A stretch of 64,000 bases of DNA from a virus (lineage: Duplodnaviria; Caudoviricetes): the IMG/VR virus record IMGVR_UViG_3300045996_000936, positions 523 through 64,522 of that record; one strand, written 5' to 3'. A model generated the notes under the pieces. That model ran no database searches, had not been told where the DNA came from, and saw nothing but the letters and a program-made list of their open reading frames with translations. The translations under genes were made by a program, and so were the position numbers. Below are positions 8,491-18,030 of this stretch, in pieces (position 1 is the first letter of the stretch; each line of letters begins with the position of its first letter).

Positions 8491-9729
8491 TTAGACGGTC
8501 GCCGGGTCAATGGGATGCCCGTCGTCCACGTCGCGACTCCAAAGCTTCGTGAAGCCTTCGCGCTCGCGGTCCATGTGCTCGGCTTGAGTCCTTGCCGTGG
8601 TGAGCCAGCCGCCTGGGTACGGAAGGGTCGGAACGGACTCGTCCTGTGCCGTTCGCCAGCCGAAGTACTCTTCCTCCGGATGCTCGACCAGTCCGGTGTC
8701 TAGCTGATCAATATTCACCCAGCAGGAGCCGGAAGCTTCCTTCGCGGCTTCGAGTGCCTCCTCTCGGTGGTGATGCAGGAAGAGAGGACACGGAGGCAGT
8801 TCGTCCTTACCCTTGATGCGCTCGATGTTGCTCAGGCTGACTGGGCATCCTACGAAGGTGTCGCCCTTGATGCAAGGCGGGTTGACCATCGCTCGGAAGA
8901 GCGGATCAATCTGCGCCAGCTCACTAACCATTCCGAGGATGAGTTCCTCCCAGAGACCGCGTTGCAGGATCCAACAGGAACGCTTCCCGATGACATGCTT
9001 CAGCGCCATCGCGTTGATCGCCCAGGTGGTCCGGTGAGTCGTTCCGAGAGGGATGAGGTTGCGAGCCTCCTCCTTCGGCACGCCGGAGCGAACGAGGGTG
9101 GCGTACGCTTCCTGGATCACTTTCATTGTGCGGAGGTAGACCTCTCCTCGGTCCAGAGCAACGTGAGTCTCGTATTCGTTGTTCTTCCCGGTCCTGTAAG
9201 TTCGAGTCTGATCAGTTATCGTGTCGTCCATGGATTCCGGAGTAATGAACATCCCGTCATCCGCGAACGTCGAGAGGTCCAGGACCCGATGGCTCTGGGA
9301 CCACCAAGCCGACTGGGCCAAGTCCGGCACGATATCCGCACCGAGGCGTTGCCCCACCTTCGCTCCCACCCGATGCCGGACCATCTGCTCCCGCAAAGCA
9401 ATCGGGATGCCTTCGATCTGGAACACGAACTCCAGGTGGTCGAGCACGGGCACTGCCTCGCTGAAGAGCTTGATCACCGTGTCCCGGTAGTAGGCCTTGA
9501 ACTCCGTGCGGCTCAGTCGCTTGCCCTGCGCATCAATGTAATAGTTAGGGGTCTGATTCACGAGGTAGCGATCTTCATGTATGAACGGCTTGACTCCGTT
9601 CTCCACGTCGCTAACCGCTACGGACACTTCCCAGGGATCTGGAATCATTCCGTTATGTCGGCTCTGCTCCCAGACGCAGAAGAGCGTCTCCAGGGGATAC
9701 ATAGGATGGGTGAGTAACTTGACTTGCAT
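8491..9729 (-). CDS. thyX: Divergent FAD-dependent thymidylate synthase (ThyX family)
   Basis: LDHLEFVFQIEG, REQMVRHR, SQSHR, GVPKEEARNLIP, KRSC; insertion within the ThyX motif and a Cys-containing C-terminal extension. Confidence 0.82.
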   Translation of the reverse strand: MQVKLLTHPMYPLETLFCVWEQSRHNGMIPDPWEVSVAVSDVENGVKPFIHEDRYLVNQTPNYYIDAQGKRLSRTEFKAYYRDTVIKLFSEAVPVLDHLEFVFQIEGIPIALREQMVRHRVGAKVGQRLGADIVPDLAQSAWWSQSHRVLDLSTFADDGMFITPESMDDTITDQTRTYRTGKNNEYETHVALDRGEVYLRTMKVIQEAYATLVRSGVPKEEARNLIPLGTTHRTTWAINAMALKHVIGKRSCWILQRGLWEELILGMVSELAQIDPLFRAMVNPPCIKGDTFVGCPVSLSNIERIKGKDELPPCPLFLHHHREEALEAAKEASGSCWVNIDQLDTGLVEHPEEEYFGWRTAQDESVPTLPYPGGWLTTARTQAEHMDREREGFTKLWSRDVDDGHPIDPATV

Positions 9730-9765
9730 TATTTCCTCCAGAGGATGCCCTTCCTGGAAGGAAGG

Positions 9766-10851
9766 TTAGGGCATCGAGAGATGGGTCTCTGTTATGAAGT
9801 TCCCCAAGCGATTCATAGACGCCTGCTTCCACAGGCAGATCTTCGTGCAAGGAGATTCCGGATCGTCGTAGACGTTGACCGGCTGGTTAAGAACGCGAAG
9901 CTCGTCGATATGACGTCTGATTACATTCCCCTTCGCGAACTCCGTACGGGTTGCAATCGCCTCTCCACCCATGAGGCAGCAGGGGTAAAGCGTGCCGTCG
10001 TACTTCACGTGGAAGGTAATCTTACTGACGTGGCAGTCCACGCCCTTGTATTGACTAAGCTCACCTTCTTCGACTTGTTCGCCGAGCGAAGTCCACCCGG
10101 CATAGCGCGGTTCCTGCGCGAACTCCCGGATCTCCGCCCACTTCTCCTGGTAGGTCCCTGGGCGGAGGCTGAGCTCCAGAAGGGCGCGGTCGTTCATGTC
10201 CCGGATGGGAATGAAGATCGCCTTACGGACGTGGAGTCCTTCGTCCCTGGCGTTCGCGATCCGGTTCATGATCGTCAGGACGTGGTCGATGTTCTTCTGG
10301 CTGACGCAGGTGAGGAAGACCAGGGAGTCATGGTCGACGCGCTTGAGCCATCGGAAGATCTCCTCCGGGTCGCGCTCGACTCCGCGCATTCTCCGGTAAT
10401 AGTCGGGGTGAACCCCGTCCAGGCTGATCCGAAGCTCGTGGAAGACTTCCTTCCAGAGAACCTGGTCGTCCCAGCTGGGACGGAGAGGCAGAGCGGTATT
10501 CATACGCAACCTGAACCCGTTGGATCCTACTCTTCGATGGTAGAAGAGCAGCAACTCCTCCAGGTGCGGCCAGGATTGTGGATCTCCTCCAGTGAGGGAG
10601 AGATGCTCGAAGGTTGGTATGTCTCGCAGGTTCAGGAAGAACTGCTGCGCATTTTCCAAGCTCCACTCGCCGCGTTGCGTTCCCTTCGTATGGTCGATCC
10701 AGCTCTGGCAGGATCCGCAACGCTGCTCACACGCGCTGGTCAGTTCCATCTGACCGGCGATATACCCGCTGGAGGAGAGCATGGACTTGCCGTACGTCAA
10801 CAAGTCCACGCGTCCCGCATCCAGCAACTCCTGAATCGGGTTGCTGTTCAT
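9766..10851 (-). CDS. Radical SAM protein with SPASM/twitch-like C-terminus
   Basis: CEQRCGSC, LTGGDP, ISLDG, C..DGTLYPCC..GNV..CTKIC. Confidence 0.92.
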   Translation of the reverse strand: MNSNPIQELLDAGRVDLLTYGKSMLSSSGYIAGQMELTSACEQRCGSCQSWIDHTKGTQRGEWSLENAQQFFLNLRDIPTFEHLSLTGGDPQSWPHLEELLLFYHRRVGSNGFRLRMNTALPLRPSWDDQVLWKEVFHELRISLDGVHPDYYRRMRGVERDPEEIFRWLKRVDHDSLVFLTCVSQKNIDHVLTIMNRIANARDEGLHVRKAIFIPIRDMNDRALLELSLRPGTYQEKWAEIREFAQEPRYAGWTSLGEQVEEGELSQYKGVDCHVSKITFHVKYDGTLYPCCLMGGEAIATRTEFAKGNVIRRHIDELRVLNQPVNVYDDPESPCTKICLWKQASMNRLGNFITETHLSMP

Positions 10852-10856
10852 GTTCG

Positions 10857-12425
10857 TTAGAGTCCCATCTTATCCTGAACGGGAGCTGCAGCTGCCTGCG
10901 CTGCCGCTTTCTCCTCCATTGCCCTGCGCTCGGCCACGCGAGCCGCTTCGAACTTCTGGTCCTCGGTCGGCACCGGCTCGGTGATGATCTCTTCCACGGC
11001 TTCCTGGTAAGCGTTGACTCGCTCCCGAACCGCGTCTTCGGCCGAACGGTCGGATTCTTCCCTGGTGGGAGTTCCTCCGCCTACCTTCCCTGTTCCGGAT
11101 CCGGCCATCGCTCCCAGCCGTTCCAGCCGCTCGATAGTGGACTCCGTGGAGTTATTCACTGGAGGAGGAGAGACGCCGGGTGCTGGTCCCTGCGCTGCTT
11201 TGTCACGAGCCTTCTCAGAGCGGAGCTGGAGCAACTCCCGTAGGAGCCGAGCCTGGCACTCCAGAGGGTCCTCCACGCTTCCGTTATCGCCAGCGAACGG
11301 CATCAGCATCTCGACGATGGCGTTGGAGTGCTCGAAGGAGCGAGCCTTGGACAGGTCTTCCTTCCAGCGGTCAGCTCCCGCCTCGAACTCAACGCATTCC
11401 TGGGCGATGCGTGTGTAGTTCACGCTGTCGTCGTAGGAGTCTGCGAGGAGACGTCCTCCTGGAAAGGAGGCACGCAGTGTCTTCACCGTGACCATCATCA
11501 GCGCGACGACGCTCGCCGGAATTTCGGGGATGTCGGGCAGGTCCCAAGCATGCTGCAGCAGACCTCGCCACATGATGCCCAGGTTCTTATGGTTCGGGTA
11601 GAAGTGACCGTACGTCTTCATCCGCTGCTCTCGGATGGACTCCGGCGAGGATCCGCTTTGGACATCCGCACAGTCCTTCGGACCATTGCTCGCGTTCTCA
11701 GACGAACAGCTGAACCGGCCAGTCTCCACGCTTTGCGTGCTGATTGTCTTCTTCAGCTTGGCAGAGCGGTTTTCGCAGGCCTGCCGGTCATGGCAGAACC
11801 AAGGACTGCCATCTGTCCTCTGATCCATGTCCACGTCGAACGCACTGGCACCGCAGTCCCGACACTTCGGGTACTCTGACATGCTCTGGACTCGGGCGGT
11901 GTTCAGAGGATCCACGCTGGCAGGCCTTGAGAGACCCGCACTCTGCCACCCCCAGCCGGGAAGGCCACCGGGTCGGTTCTCTTCCAGCGGACGCGTGTCG
12001 AGTCCCTCTGCGTCTTGGGACGCGGCATCTGCCGCGTCGAACGCTTGCTCGGAGGCGTCCTTCCCTCCAGGAAGGCGACCGCTCGCCTCGCACCACTTGA
12101 TCACTTCCAGGACCGCGTCGATCCAGGCGTCTTGCCTCGCTTCTCCGATCATGGCGAACGGGGTAATCTCGATACCAGGGTATGCTTCAGCTTCATACTT
12201 CCGGTAGACCATTTCGGCCACCGCCGGAGCGTCGGCACAGCCGAGGAACTGAGCCACGCTTTGCATGTCGTAGATCTGACCGAGTGCTTGCTTGACGATG
12301 CTCTCCGCCGTCTCCCTCGGCGTGTACTGGGTGTCGGAGAAGTTGGCGCGACTGGCGAGGTAGTTGACTATACTCTGCCACTCCAGCGCTTCCAGTTTCC
12401 GCTCGATGAATACGCTACGCTCCAT
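10857..12425 (-). CDS. Multidomain protein with a DUF6378-like (possible dNTP diphosphohydrolase-like) domain and a Zn finger
   Basis: R.KTYGHF..N..LGIMW...VALMMVTVKTLR...DSYDDSVNY; CRDC...FCHDRQAC; start reset to MERSV. Confidence 0.6.
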   Translation of the reverse strand: MERSVFIERKLEALEWQSIVNYLASRANFSDTQYTPRETAESIVKQALGQIYDMQSVAQFLGCADAPAVAEMVYRKYEAEAYPGIEITPFAMIGEARQDAWIDAVLEVIKWCEASGRLPGGKDASEQAFDAADAASQDAEGLDTRPLEENRPGGLPGWGWQSAGLSRPASVDPLNTARVQSMSEYPKCRDCGASAFDVDMDQRTDGSPWFCHDRQACENRSAKLKKTISTQSVETGRFSCSSENASNGPKDCADVQSGSSPESIREQRMKTYGHFYPNHKNLGIMWRGLLQHAWDLPDIPEIPASVVALMMVTVKTLRASFPGGRLLADSYDDSVNYTRIAQECVEFEAGADRWKEDLSKARSFEHSNAIVEMLMPFAGDNGSVEDPLECQARLLRELLQLRSEKARDKAAQGPAPGVSPPPVNNSTESTIERLERLGAMAGSGTGKVGGGTPTREESDRSAEDAVRERVNAYQEAVEEIITEPVPTEDQKFEAARVAERRAMEEKAAAQAAAAPVQDKMGL

Positions 12426-13047
12426 CTGATTTCCCCTCTCTGGAGAAAATCTCCACCACAATCGTCTGTAACTCGTCGACGATCGGGCGGAGGAAGTCGA
12501 ACTCGGACCGATTGAACTCGTGGGAGTAAGCCACGACGCTCTCGCGGTAACGGTCCATGGTGTGGTTGGCGGAGGCAAGCTCCTGCCAGATGTAACTGAC
12601 GACGGACATGAAGTCCGCCAGAGCGACTATGCAGCCGTTGGGTGTGCCGTCCTTGGCGTGAACCCAGCGTTGATGCATGCTGGCTCTCGCTGCCGTGGTG
12701 TCTCCCTGGGAGAAAGGGTAGACCTCCTCACAGAGAGCGTAATGCTCCTCGATCGCCGCTTGCTCGATCGAGCTAGCAAGTTCCCGGTTGGAGTGCTTGA
12801 AGAGTCGGTTGATGTCTCCCGTCCGGCACTCCTCGGTGTCGTGGAGAACGGCACCGGCCAATACCATCGCCATGTCTACCCTGGCGTTCGTATTCTCCTC
12901 GGCCCACCGGACGAGGAAGTACGAGTAGAGAGTCACGTAGAACGAGTGCTCCGCCGTGCTCTCCCGATGGACAACCCGGACCATACTGAAGCGGTAGACG
13001 TCGCTCAGCCGGACCAGGTCGCCGTTGAGAATTGCTCTCAGGTTCAC
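12415..13047 (-). CDS. HD-domain 5'-deoxynucleotidase (YfbR-like)
   Basis: RF...RESTAEHSFYV...LHDTEECRTGDI...VALAD. Confidence 0.9.
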   Translation of the reverse strand: MNLRAILNGDLVRLSDVYRFSMVRVVHRESTAEHSFYVTLYSYFLVRWAEENTNARVDMAMVLAGAVLHDTEECRTGDINRLFKHSNRELASSIEQAAIEEHYALCEEVYPFSQGDTTAARASMHQRWVHAKDGTPNGCIVALADFMSVVSYIWQELASANHTMDRYRESVVAYSHEFNRSEFDFLRPIVDELQTIVVEIFSREGKSDGA

Positions 13048-13787
13048 TAGATGATCTTCCCTTCGAACTTGCTGAGGGCATCCCAGGCGAAGTCTGGGTG
13101 ACTACGCTTCAGAACCTCAACGGACATCATGTCCTCCGCCGCCTCCATCAGCTCCATTAAGTCTTCCGGACTGGTCTGAGGATGGACTCCCGGCGTGAGG
13201 AAGTCCTGCAGCTGTTCGGGACCGGAGATTACCCCGACCACTCCCTGCGCCAGCATCAGATTCATCGCCTCCGGCCTTGCCGTGGGCAAGTAGCCGACCA
13301 CCGGTGTCATGCTGGCTTGGGCGAATCCCATCTCCCAGACCGTGCCTGTGTCGGGGATGGCGAGGGGACGGAAGCGGTGCGGCCACATGAATCGACGGGA
13401 TTCCCTGATCTGACGATGACCGTGACACTCGAAGATGTTCGGGTCCGGAGTAGTGTAGCTCTCCTCGGGTTCGATAGGGGTCAACACACCGGAGAGCACG
13501 TCCGGAGGGAGGACATACTCAATGACGGCCAGGACGAGAGAGCTGATGCCGATCTGGATGCAGTTGCTCTCGAAGACAGGCTTCCAATTCGACATGACCT
13601 TGCGCTCTTCCGGAGTCATATCGGCGGAGCCGGAATCTCGGCGTGGACTGAAGTGTTCGTACTTCCGCTCGGTCAGGATGCCTTCGATCTCCTCGATCAC
13701 GGCGACCTGGGCGGGATTGAAGAAGGGACCGGCGATATACACCGGACTTCGGAGTTCTTCACCGACGTATTGTATCACGGCGGACAC
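13047..13787 (-). CDS. Nucleoside 2-deoxyribosyltransferase / nucleotide N-glycosidase family
   Basis: VYIAGPFFN, FSPR, DTGTVWEMGFA, NLML. Confidence 0.9.
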   Translation of the reverse strand: MSAVIQYVGEELRSPVYIAGPFFNPAQVAVIEEIEGILTERKYEHFSPRRDSGSADMTPEERKVMSNWKPVFESNCIQIGISSLVLAVIEYVLPPDVLSGVLTPIEPEESYTTPDPNIFECHGHRQIRESRRFMWPHRFRPLAIPDTGTVWEMGFAQASMTPVVGYLPTARPEAMNLMLAQGVVGVISGPEQLQDFLTPGVHPQTSPEDLMELMEAAEDMMSVEVLKRSHPDFAWDALSKFEGKII

Positions 13788-13804
13788 ATCTCCTGGAGGA
13801 AAGG

Positions 13805-13834
13805 GGAGCGGAGCCTCCGAAGAAGCTCCGCTCC
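13805..13834 (-). terminator. 10-bp hairpin after the SSB-like gene
   Basis: GGAGCGGAGC / GCTCCGCTCC, then CCTTTCCTCCAG on the - strand. Confidence 0.55.
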
Positions 13835-13878
13835 AGGTTGTTCTTGCCGCTCGTTACAGGGAGCTTGTCCCCTTAAGG

Positions 13879-14700
13879 TTACTTGCGGGTCGCGGGCTTG
13901 CGAGCGGCTGGCTTCGCGGCTGGCTTCGGTGCGGGAGCTTCCTCCTCCTCGATCACCTCTTCCTCTTCCGGAGCTTCTTCCTCCGGAGCCGACGCCATGT
14001 ACATCCCTTCCAGAGGAATCGTCCGGCGGACCTTCTTCCCAGCCGCGTTGATGGAGTCGACCTTGACCTTGCTCTCGTCCCCGTCCGGGTCGAGCACCGC
14101 GATCTCGCCTTCAACGTCCTCGCCCTGCCACGGGTACATCACCTTCAGGCCGACTTCGAGGGTTGCCTCGGCGGGAGCTGCTTCTTCCTCGACGACTTCC
14201 TCGCCCTCCTCGGTCGGCTCTTCGTCCTCGGAGTTGCCACCGCGCTCCACAGTGCTGATGTAGATGTTGGTGTACTCGCCCTTGGTGTGGACGCGGAAGT
14301 CCAGCTCCGGAGCTTCCTCCACCAACTGCTCCAGGACCGCAGGCAGGGTGCCGAGGTCTTCCGGAGCCAGGTCAACTCCGTAGCAGAGCAGTTCAGCCGC
14401 GAGGTATTCGCGAACCCGATCCATGTTCTCGCCTTCGAGACCCTGGTACTTATTGACCGTCTCTCCTTCGTATTCGCCTTCGGTTACCGCGTAAGACCAG
14501 ACGATCTGCAGCCGGTTGCTGCTCTGGGACTTGACGATCTCCGCACCGGCCAGTCGGCCATGATAGCGACCATCTGGAACAGAGGCACCGAATCCGGGAC
14601 GATTGCGAGCCGCTTCCTTCGCATCGTTCCAGGAGCCTTTGTTCCCTTTAACCCACTTATCGAAGTCCGGGATTCCGGACGATCCTGCTCGCGCAGCCAT
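13879..14700 (-). CDS. Single-stranded DNA-binding protein-like (DUF669-type) with acidic and PAAK tail
   Basis: VPDGRYHG..AEIVKSQSS..LQIVW...EGEYEG..V; lies downstream of a Sak4-like ATPase. Confidence 0.7.
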   Translation of the reverse strand: MAARAGSSGIPDFDKWVKGNKGSWNDAKEAARNRPGFGASVPDGRYHGRLAGAEIVKSQSSNRLQIVWSYAVTEGEYEGETVNKYQGLEGENMDRVREYLAAELLCYGVDLAPEDLGTLPAVLEQLVEEAPELDFRVHTKGEYTNIYISTVERGGNSEDEEPTEEGEEVVEEEAAPAEATLEVGLKVMYPWQGEDVEGEIAVLDPDGDESKVKVDSINAAGKKVRRTIPLEGMYMASAPEEEAPEEEEVIEEEEAPAPKPAAKPAARKPATRK

Positions 14701-14805
14701 TGTCTAGTGTGTCCTTTTCTCCAGAGGATGTCTGGAGTTGTGACGATGCCAGGGTTGATAATCCTCCGGACGAGGCATCAGGGGACATCCGGAGGAATGC
14801 TTGGA

Positions 14806-15741
14806 CTAGCGACGCCTGGATTCTCGCTTAACCGGGATCTCGCTGAGTTGCGCCACTTCGTCCGGATCGCAAACGTCGGCCTGCTTGTTATTGAAAGCAC
14901 GCTCGAAGTTAGCGTAGGCTTCCTTGGCACTGTTGCCCATAGGAATCGAGTGAATCGGCAGGCCTTCCGGAGTCCGGAAGCGTTCGCCCATCCGATGACC
15001 GGCGTCCAATTCGTCGGAGCCGGAGATTGTCAGGTACCGCTCCTTGCCATAGTACCCGTAGTAAGCGATGATGTCCGCCACGCCGGTAACGTAACGTCGA
15101 GCCTGGGTGGACATCGTCGGGCAGAGTTTATGGTAAGTGCCGCCTGTACGACTTGTGAATTCCTTCGGCTCAGCATGGGACACCAAGATGACGCCGCGTC
15201 CACACTTCATCAGACGGGACATCTGGAAGGTGAACTCCTTGTCGATCGCTGCCCATCCCTTACCGTGACTCTCATCGCCGGGGTTATCTATGCCAAGCTT
15301 TTCGCACGTTGCCCGACTGCAGGTGGTGTAGCAGAGATCCATCGTGTCGATGGCGACGTTCTTGAACTGACCTGGGTTCTTGATCAGTAGATCGACGTAG
15401 CCGACGAAGTCTCGCCAGGAGTTAACTTCGCGAGCCTTGAGCCGGAGACCTTTGCCTCCCGGCTCGAACTGCATCACGAAGCAGTCCTCGAATTCCCCTA
15501 GCAGGGAAGTCTTACCGATCTTCTTCTCGCCGAACAGGGCGATGATCAGATCCTGGAGAGAAGTGGACGGCTCGGAGAGTTGCGTTGGCAGTGTCAGTGC
15601 CGTCCGATTCGGAGGGGACGTTCGATTCGCTCCAGGCTTGGTAGCGGGAGTGCTCGGAGAGACCCGGCTCACCGGCATTCTTGCTCCTGGAGCAGAGGCG
15701 ACTGCGGGTCGCGCTCCTATCGTTCTCTTAACTTCGGCCAT
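14806..15741 (-). CDS. AAA_24 / Sak4-like recombination ATPase
   Basis: LFGEKKIGKTS, VAIDT, GKGW, ILVSH, ADIIAY. Confidence 0.88.
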   Translation of the reverse strand: MAEVKRTIGARPAVASAPGARMPVSRVSPSTPATKPGANRTSPPNRTALTLPTQLSEPSTSLQDLIIALFGEKKIGKTSLLGEFEDCFVMQFEPGGKGLRLKAREVNSWRDFVGYVDLLIKNPGQFKNVAIDTMDLCYTTCSRATCEKLGIDNPGDESHGKGWAAIDKEFTFQMSRLMKCGRGVILVSHAEPKEFTSRTGGTYHKLCPTMSTQARRYVTGVADIIAYYGYYGKERYLTISGSDELDAGHRMGERFRTPEGLPIHSIPMGNSAKEAYANFERAFNNKQADVCDPDEVAQLSEIPVKRESRRR

Positions 15742-15787
15742 TGAAAGTTCCTTAGTAGTGGGCAATGGGTGCGAACCCCTCACCATT

Positions 15788-15818
15788 GTTAGATTCGCCG
15801 GAGGGCCGCGTTACACCT
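15788..15818 (-). promoter_or_regulatory. Class II promoter motif
   Basis: AGGTG-N16-CGAATCTAAC. Confidence 0.65.
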
Positions 15819-16374
15819 TCTTGAAGAGGTGGGACGGTGTCGCGCTGGTCTGGCCGTGGTAGTGGGAGCCGAGTCCCGGAGTTCCGTAAGAGCGATCGCA
15901 GGGTCGGTCCAGGCAGAGGAATGATATGTGGCAGATCATGTCACCCGCACGTACAGTTACAGGGAACGGGGAGAGGTTCGTCATCTCCAGAGTAAGTTGT
16001 CCAGAGAAGCCTGGATCTATGTTCCCAGCCGCATGCACGATTAGTCCCATGCGTGCCCAACGCGACTTCCCCTCCAGCCGCCCGGTGATGTAATTGGGAA
16101 GGGTGATCTTCTCCAAGGTGTGAGCCAGGACGAACTCCCCTTGTCTAATCTCCAGCTCTACCGCTTCGTTCAGCGTGAGGATTGTTGCTCCGTCGTAGAA
16201 ATGCCCGTCGCAAGGAAGCCGATGAGGGTCCATCTTACGATGGATTATGAAGTCCGCGCCGAGTGTCAGGTCTAGGCTCGCCGGTTGGAGCTGAGCTTCC
16301 CAATTCGGTTCCGGCTCCACCTTGAGGTCCATCCCTAGGTAGAGGTCTCTTATCGTTCCGTCTGATAGTACCAT
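15811..16374 (-). CDS. dcd: dCTP deaminase
   Basis: LSDGTI, QLQPASLDLTL, EGKSRWARMGL, IDPGFSGQLTLE, YHGQ. Confidence 0.96.
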   Translation of the reverse strand: MVLSDGTIRDLYLGMDLKVEPEPNWEAQLQPASLDLTLGADFIIHRKMDPHRLPCDGHFYDGATILTLNEAVELEIRQGEFVLAHTLEKITLPNYITGRLEGKSRWARMGLIVHAAGNIDPGFSGQLTLEMTNLSPFPVTVRAGDMICHISFLCLDRPCDRSYGTPGLGSHYHGQTSATPSHLFKKV

Positions 16375-17483
16375 TACTCTTCTTCGTCCTCCAGCTCTGG
16401 GAAGAGCTTCTCGCGCACCTGAAAGCCGGTGCGATCGCCGCGTGAGCAGATCTTCAGGAACTCACACGCTCCGAACTTACCAAGACATGTCGCTGAGTTG
16501 CGGAAGTGGAACTTCCCTTCGCTCCAGTCGATGATCGTTCGCATAATCCCATCGAACTCCAGGAGCCAGCGTTCCTGCTCACTGGGAGAGATGGACACTT
16601 CATACCGCATGAAGTAGAAGCCTGGACGTTCGGCGATGTCGAGCCGCACACGCTCGGCGAACTGCTGCATCGATTCTGTCTTCCGGCGTCTCAACTGCGG
16701 ACGTCGAATGATATTGTAGACCACGCCCTGAGGGATTTCAGCATACTCCACCGACTGTGAGAGGAGGTAGAGGTTAACCTGGAGGTCCAGCGGGATCATG
16801 TCGATGATGTTGTCTTCCTCGACCTGCCCCTTGGTCTTGGTCTCGAAGAGCCAGAGTCCCTTACCGATTCGCAGGTCGCCGTCGCGCTTCCCTCGCAACG
16901 GGATGTCCTCGATCTCCCTCTGCAGGCGTTGCCTTGCGGAGTAGTTCACGGAGAACTTCCTCTCCAAAGCCAGCCACTTGTACCGGGATAGATCCTCCTC
17001 CCAGTGCTCGAAGTATGCCTCCAGTACCGGCTCTGCCAGAGCGTAGTTATCCTCCAGGTCCTGCTGAGCATTCGGGTCCGAGGGAGGGAAGAGTCGGAAC
17101 TTCTCCATATCCCGCTCGTACATTAAGTCCAGCACGCCCTTGACTGCGGCACGGTAACCTGTGTCCTTCTGGTAGGTATAGACGCGGTCCAGGGCATTGT
17201 GAACGATGTTCCCGAAGGCTAAGGCACCGGAGCCTCTCCCGGTGGTCAGTCCCTCGTTCATCGTCAGACGGTGTCTCTCCGGGCAGCCGAGGAATCTCTG
17301 GAGAAGACCCTGGGTCACCCCGTCCCGGTGCAGCATCCACATTGGCGTAGGAGTAGCCTTGAGGGCGCAAGGCTTCCCTCGAACCGGCATCGCAGCCAGG
17401 GCGTCCAGGTTCGCTTGATGGGCGTGAGGCTTTCTGGGAGGCAGGGCAGTGCCTGGCTTAATCAACGGGATAGTTCTTCGCAT
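16374..17483 (-). CDS. PD-(D/E)XK exonuclease (Cas4/AddB-like)
   Basis: CP..H, FGNIVHNAL, LE..F, GKRD, FETKT, QVNLY, C-terminal C..C..C. Confidence 0.88.
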   Translation of the reverse strand: MRRTIPLIKPGTALPPRKPHAHQANLDALAAMPVRGKPCALKATPTPMWMLHRDGVTQGLLQRFLGCPERHRLTMNEGLTTGRGSGALAFGNIVHNALDRVYTYQKDTGYRAAVKGVLDLMYERDMEKFRLFPPSDPNAQQDLEDNYALAEPVLEAYFEHWEEDLSRYKWLALERKFSVNYSARQRLQREIEDIPLRGKRDGDLRIGKGLWLFETKTKGQVEEDNIIDMIPLDLQVNLYLLSQSVEYAEIPQGVVYNIIRRPQLRRRKTESMQQFAERVRLDIAERPGFYFMRYEVSISPSEQERWLLEFDGIMRTIIDWSEGKFHFRNSATCLGKFGACEFLKICSRGDRTGFQVREKLFPELEDEEE

Positions 17484-18030
17484 ATCTCAGCTCCTTGATG
17501 TAATCCTTTAGACGTTCGACCCACTGCTTGTAGAGTTCTGTTTCGACGCCTCCCTCGCGAAGGATATGGGATGGGTGGTAGGCTCCTCGGTACTCCACCC
17601 AGTCTTGAGTTACTGTGTAGTTCTGGCTGAGGTGGCCGAGCTGCAGGACCATGCGAGGGCGGAGGATCTCCAACAACCCGACCAGCCTGGGTCGACACGC
17701 CAGGATCTCCTCCTCGCTTGCCGTGCGGTTCTTCAGCGCGTTCCTCCGCTCCTGCGGACGGCAGGCCAGGAGGTTCGTGTAGCAGATCGTCAGGTCCTGA
17801 ACTCCGATGGCTTTAAGCGTCCGGCGTAGCAGCCGACCAGACCTCCCGTAGAATGGCCGACCCTGGAGGTTCTCGACCATGCCTGGTCCCTCCCCGACGA
17901 TCATGAGGTCCACCGTCTCACTCTCTGGAGAAGACAACTCGTAGAGCACGTGATGCCGAGCGAGTTCGCCCAGTGGACAGCGTCGGCATTCCGACCAATC
18001 CTCGTTCAGTACTTCAAGTGGTGTCTTCAT
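17458..18030 (-). CDS. Uracil-DNA glycosylase, family 4 (Fe-S)
   Basis: CRRCPL, VGEGPG, GRPFYGRSG, TNLLACRP, YHPS. Confidence 0.93.
   Translation of the reverse strand: MKTPLEVLNEDWSECRRCPLGELARHHVLYELSSPESETVDLMIVGEGPGMVENLQGRPFYGRSGRLLRRTLKAIGVQDLTICYTNLLACRPQERRNALKNRTASEEEILACRPRLVGLLEILRPRMVLQLGHLSQNYTVTQDWVEYRGAYHPSHILREGGVETELYKQWVERLKDYIKELRYAKNYPVD

Noticed and set aside
5483-13047. Z-genome (2-aminoadenine) pathway suggested by HD + MazG + PolA
   Set aside because: No PurZ/adenylosuccinate synthetase homologue is visible in the window.
13522-15390. 622-aa + strand ORF, and other long + strand ORFs such as 7287-8552, 9724-10860, 33736-34851 and 35335-36480
   Set aside because: They are antisense shadows of well-supported - strand genes in high-GC DNA, with no recognisable motifs.
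16374-17483. Cas4-like nuclease as evidence of a CRISPR system
   Set aside because: It lies in a recombination block with Sak4-like and SSB-like genes; no other cas genes or array are present.
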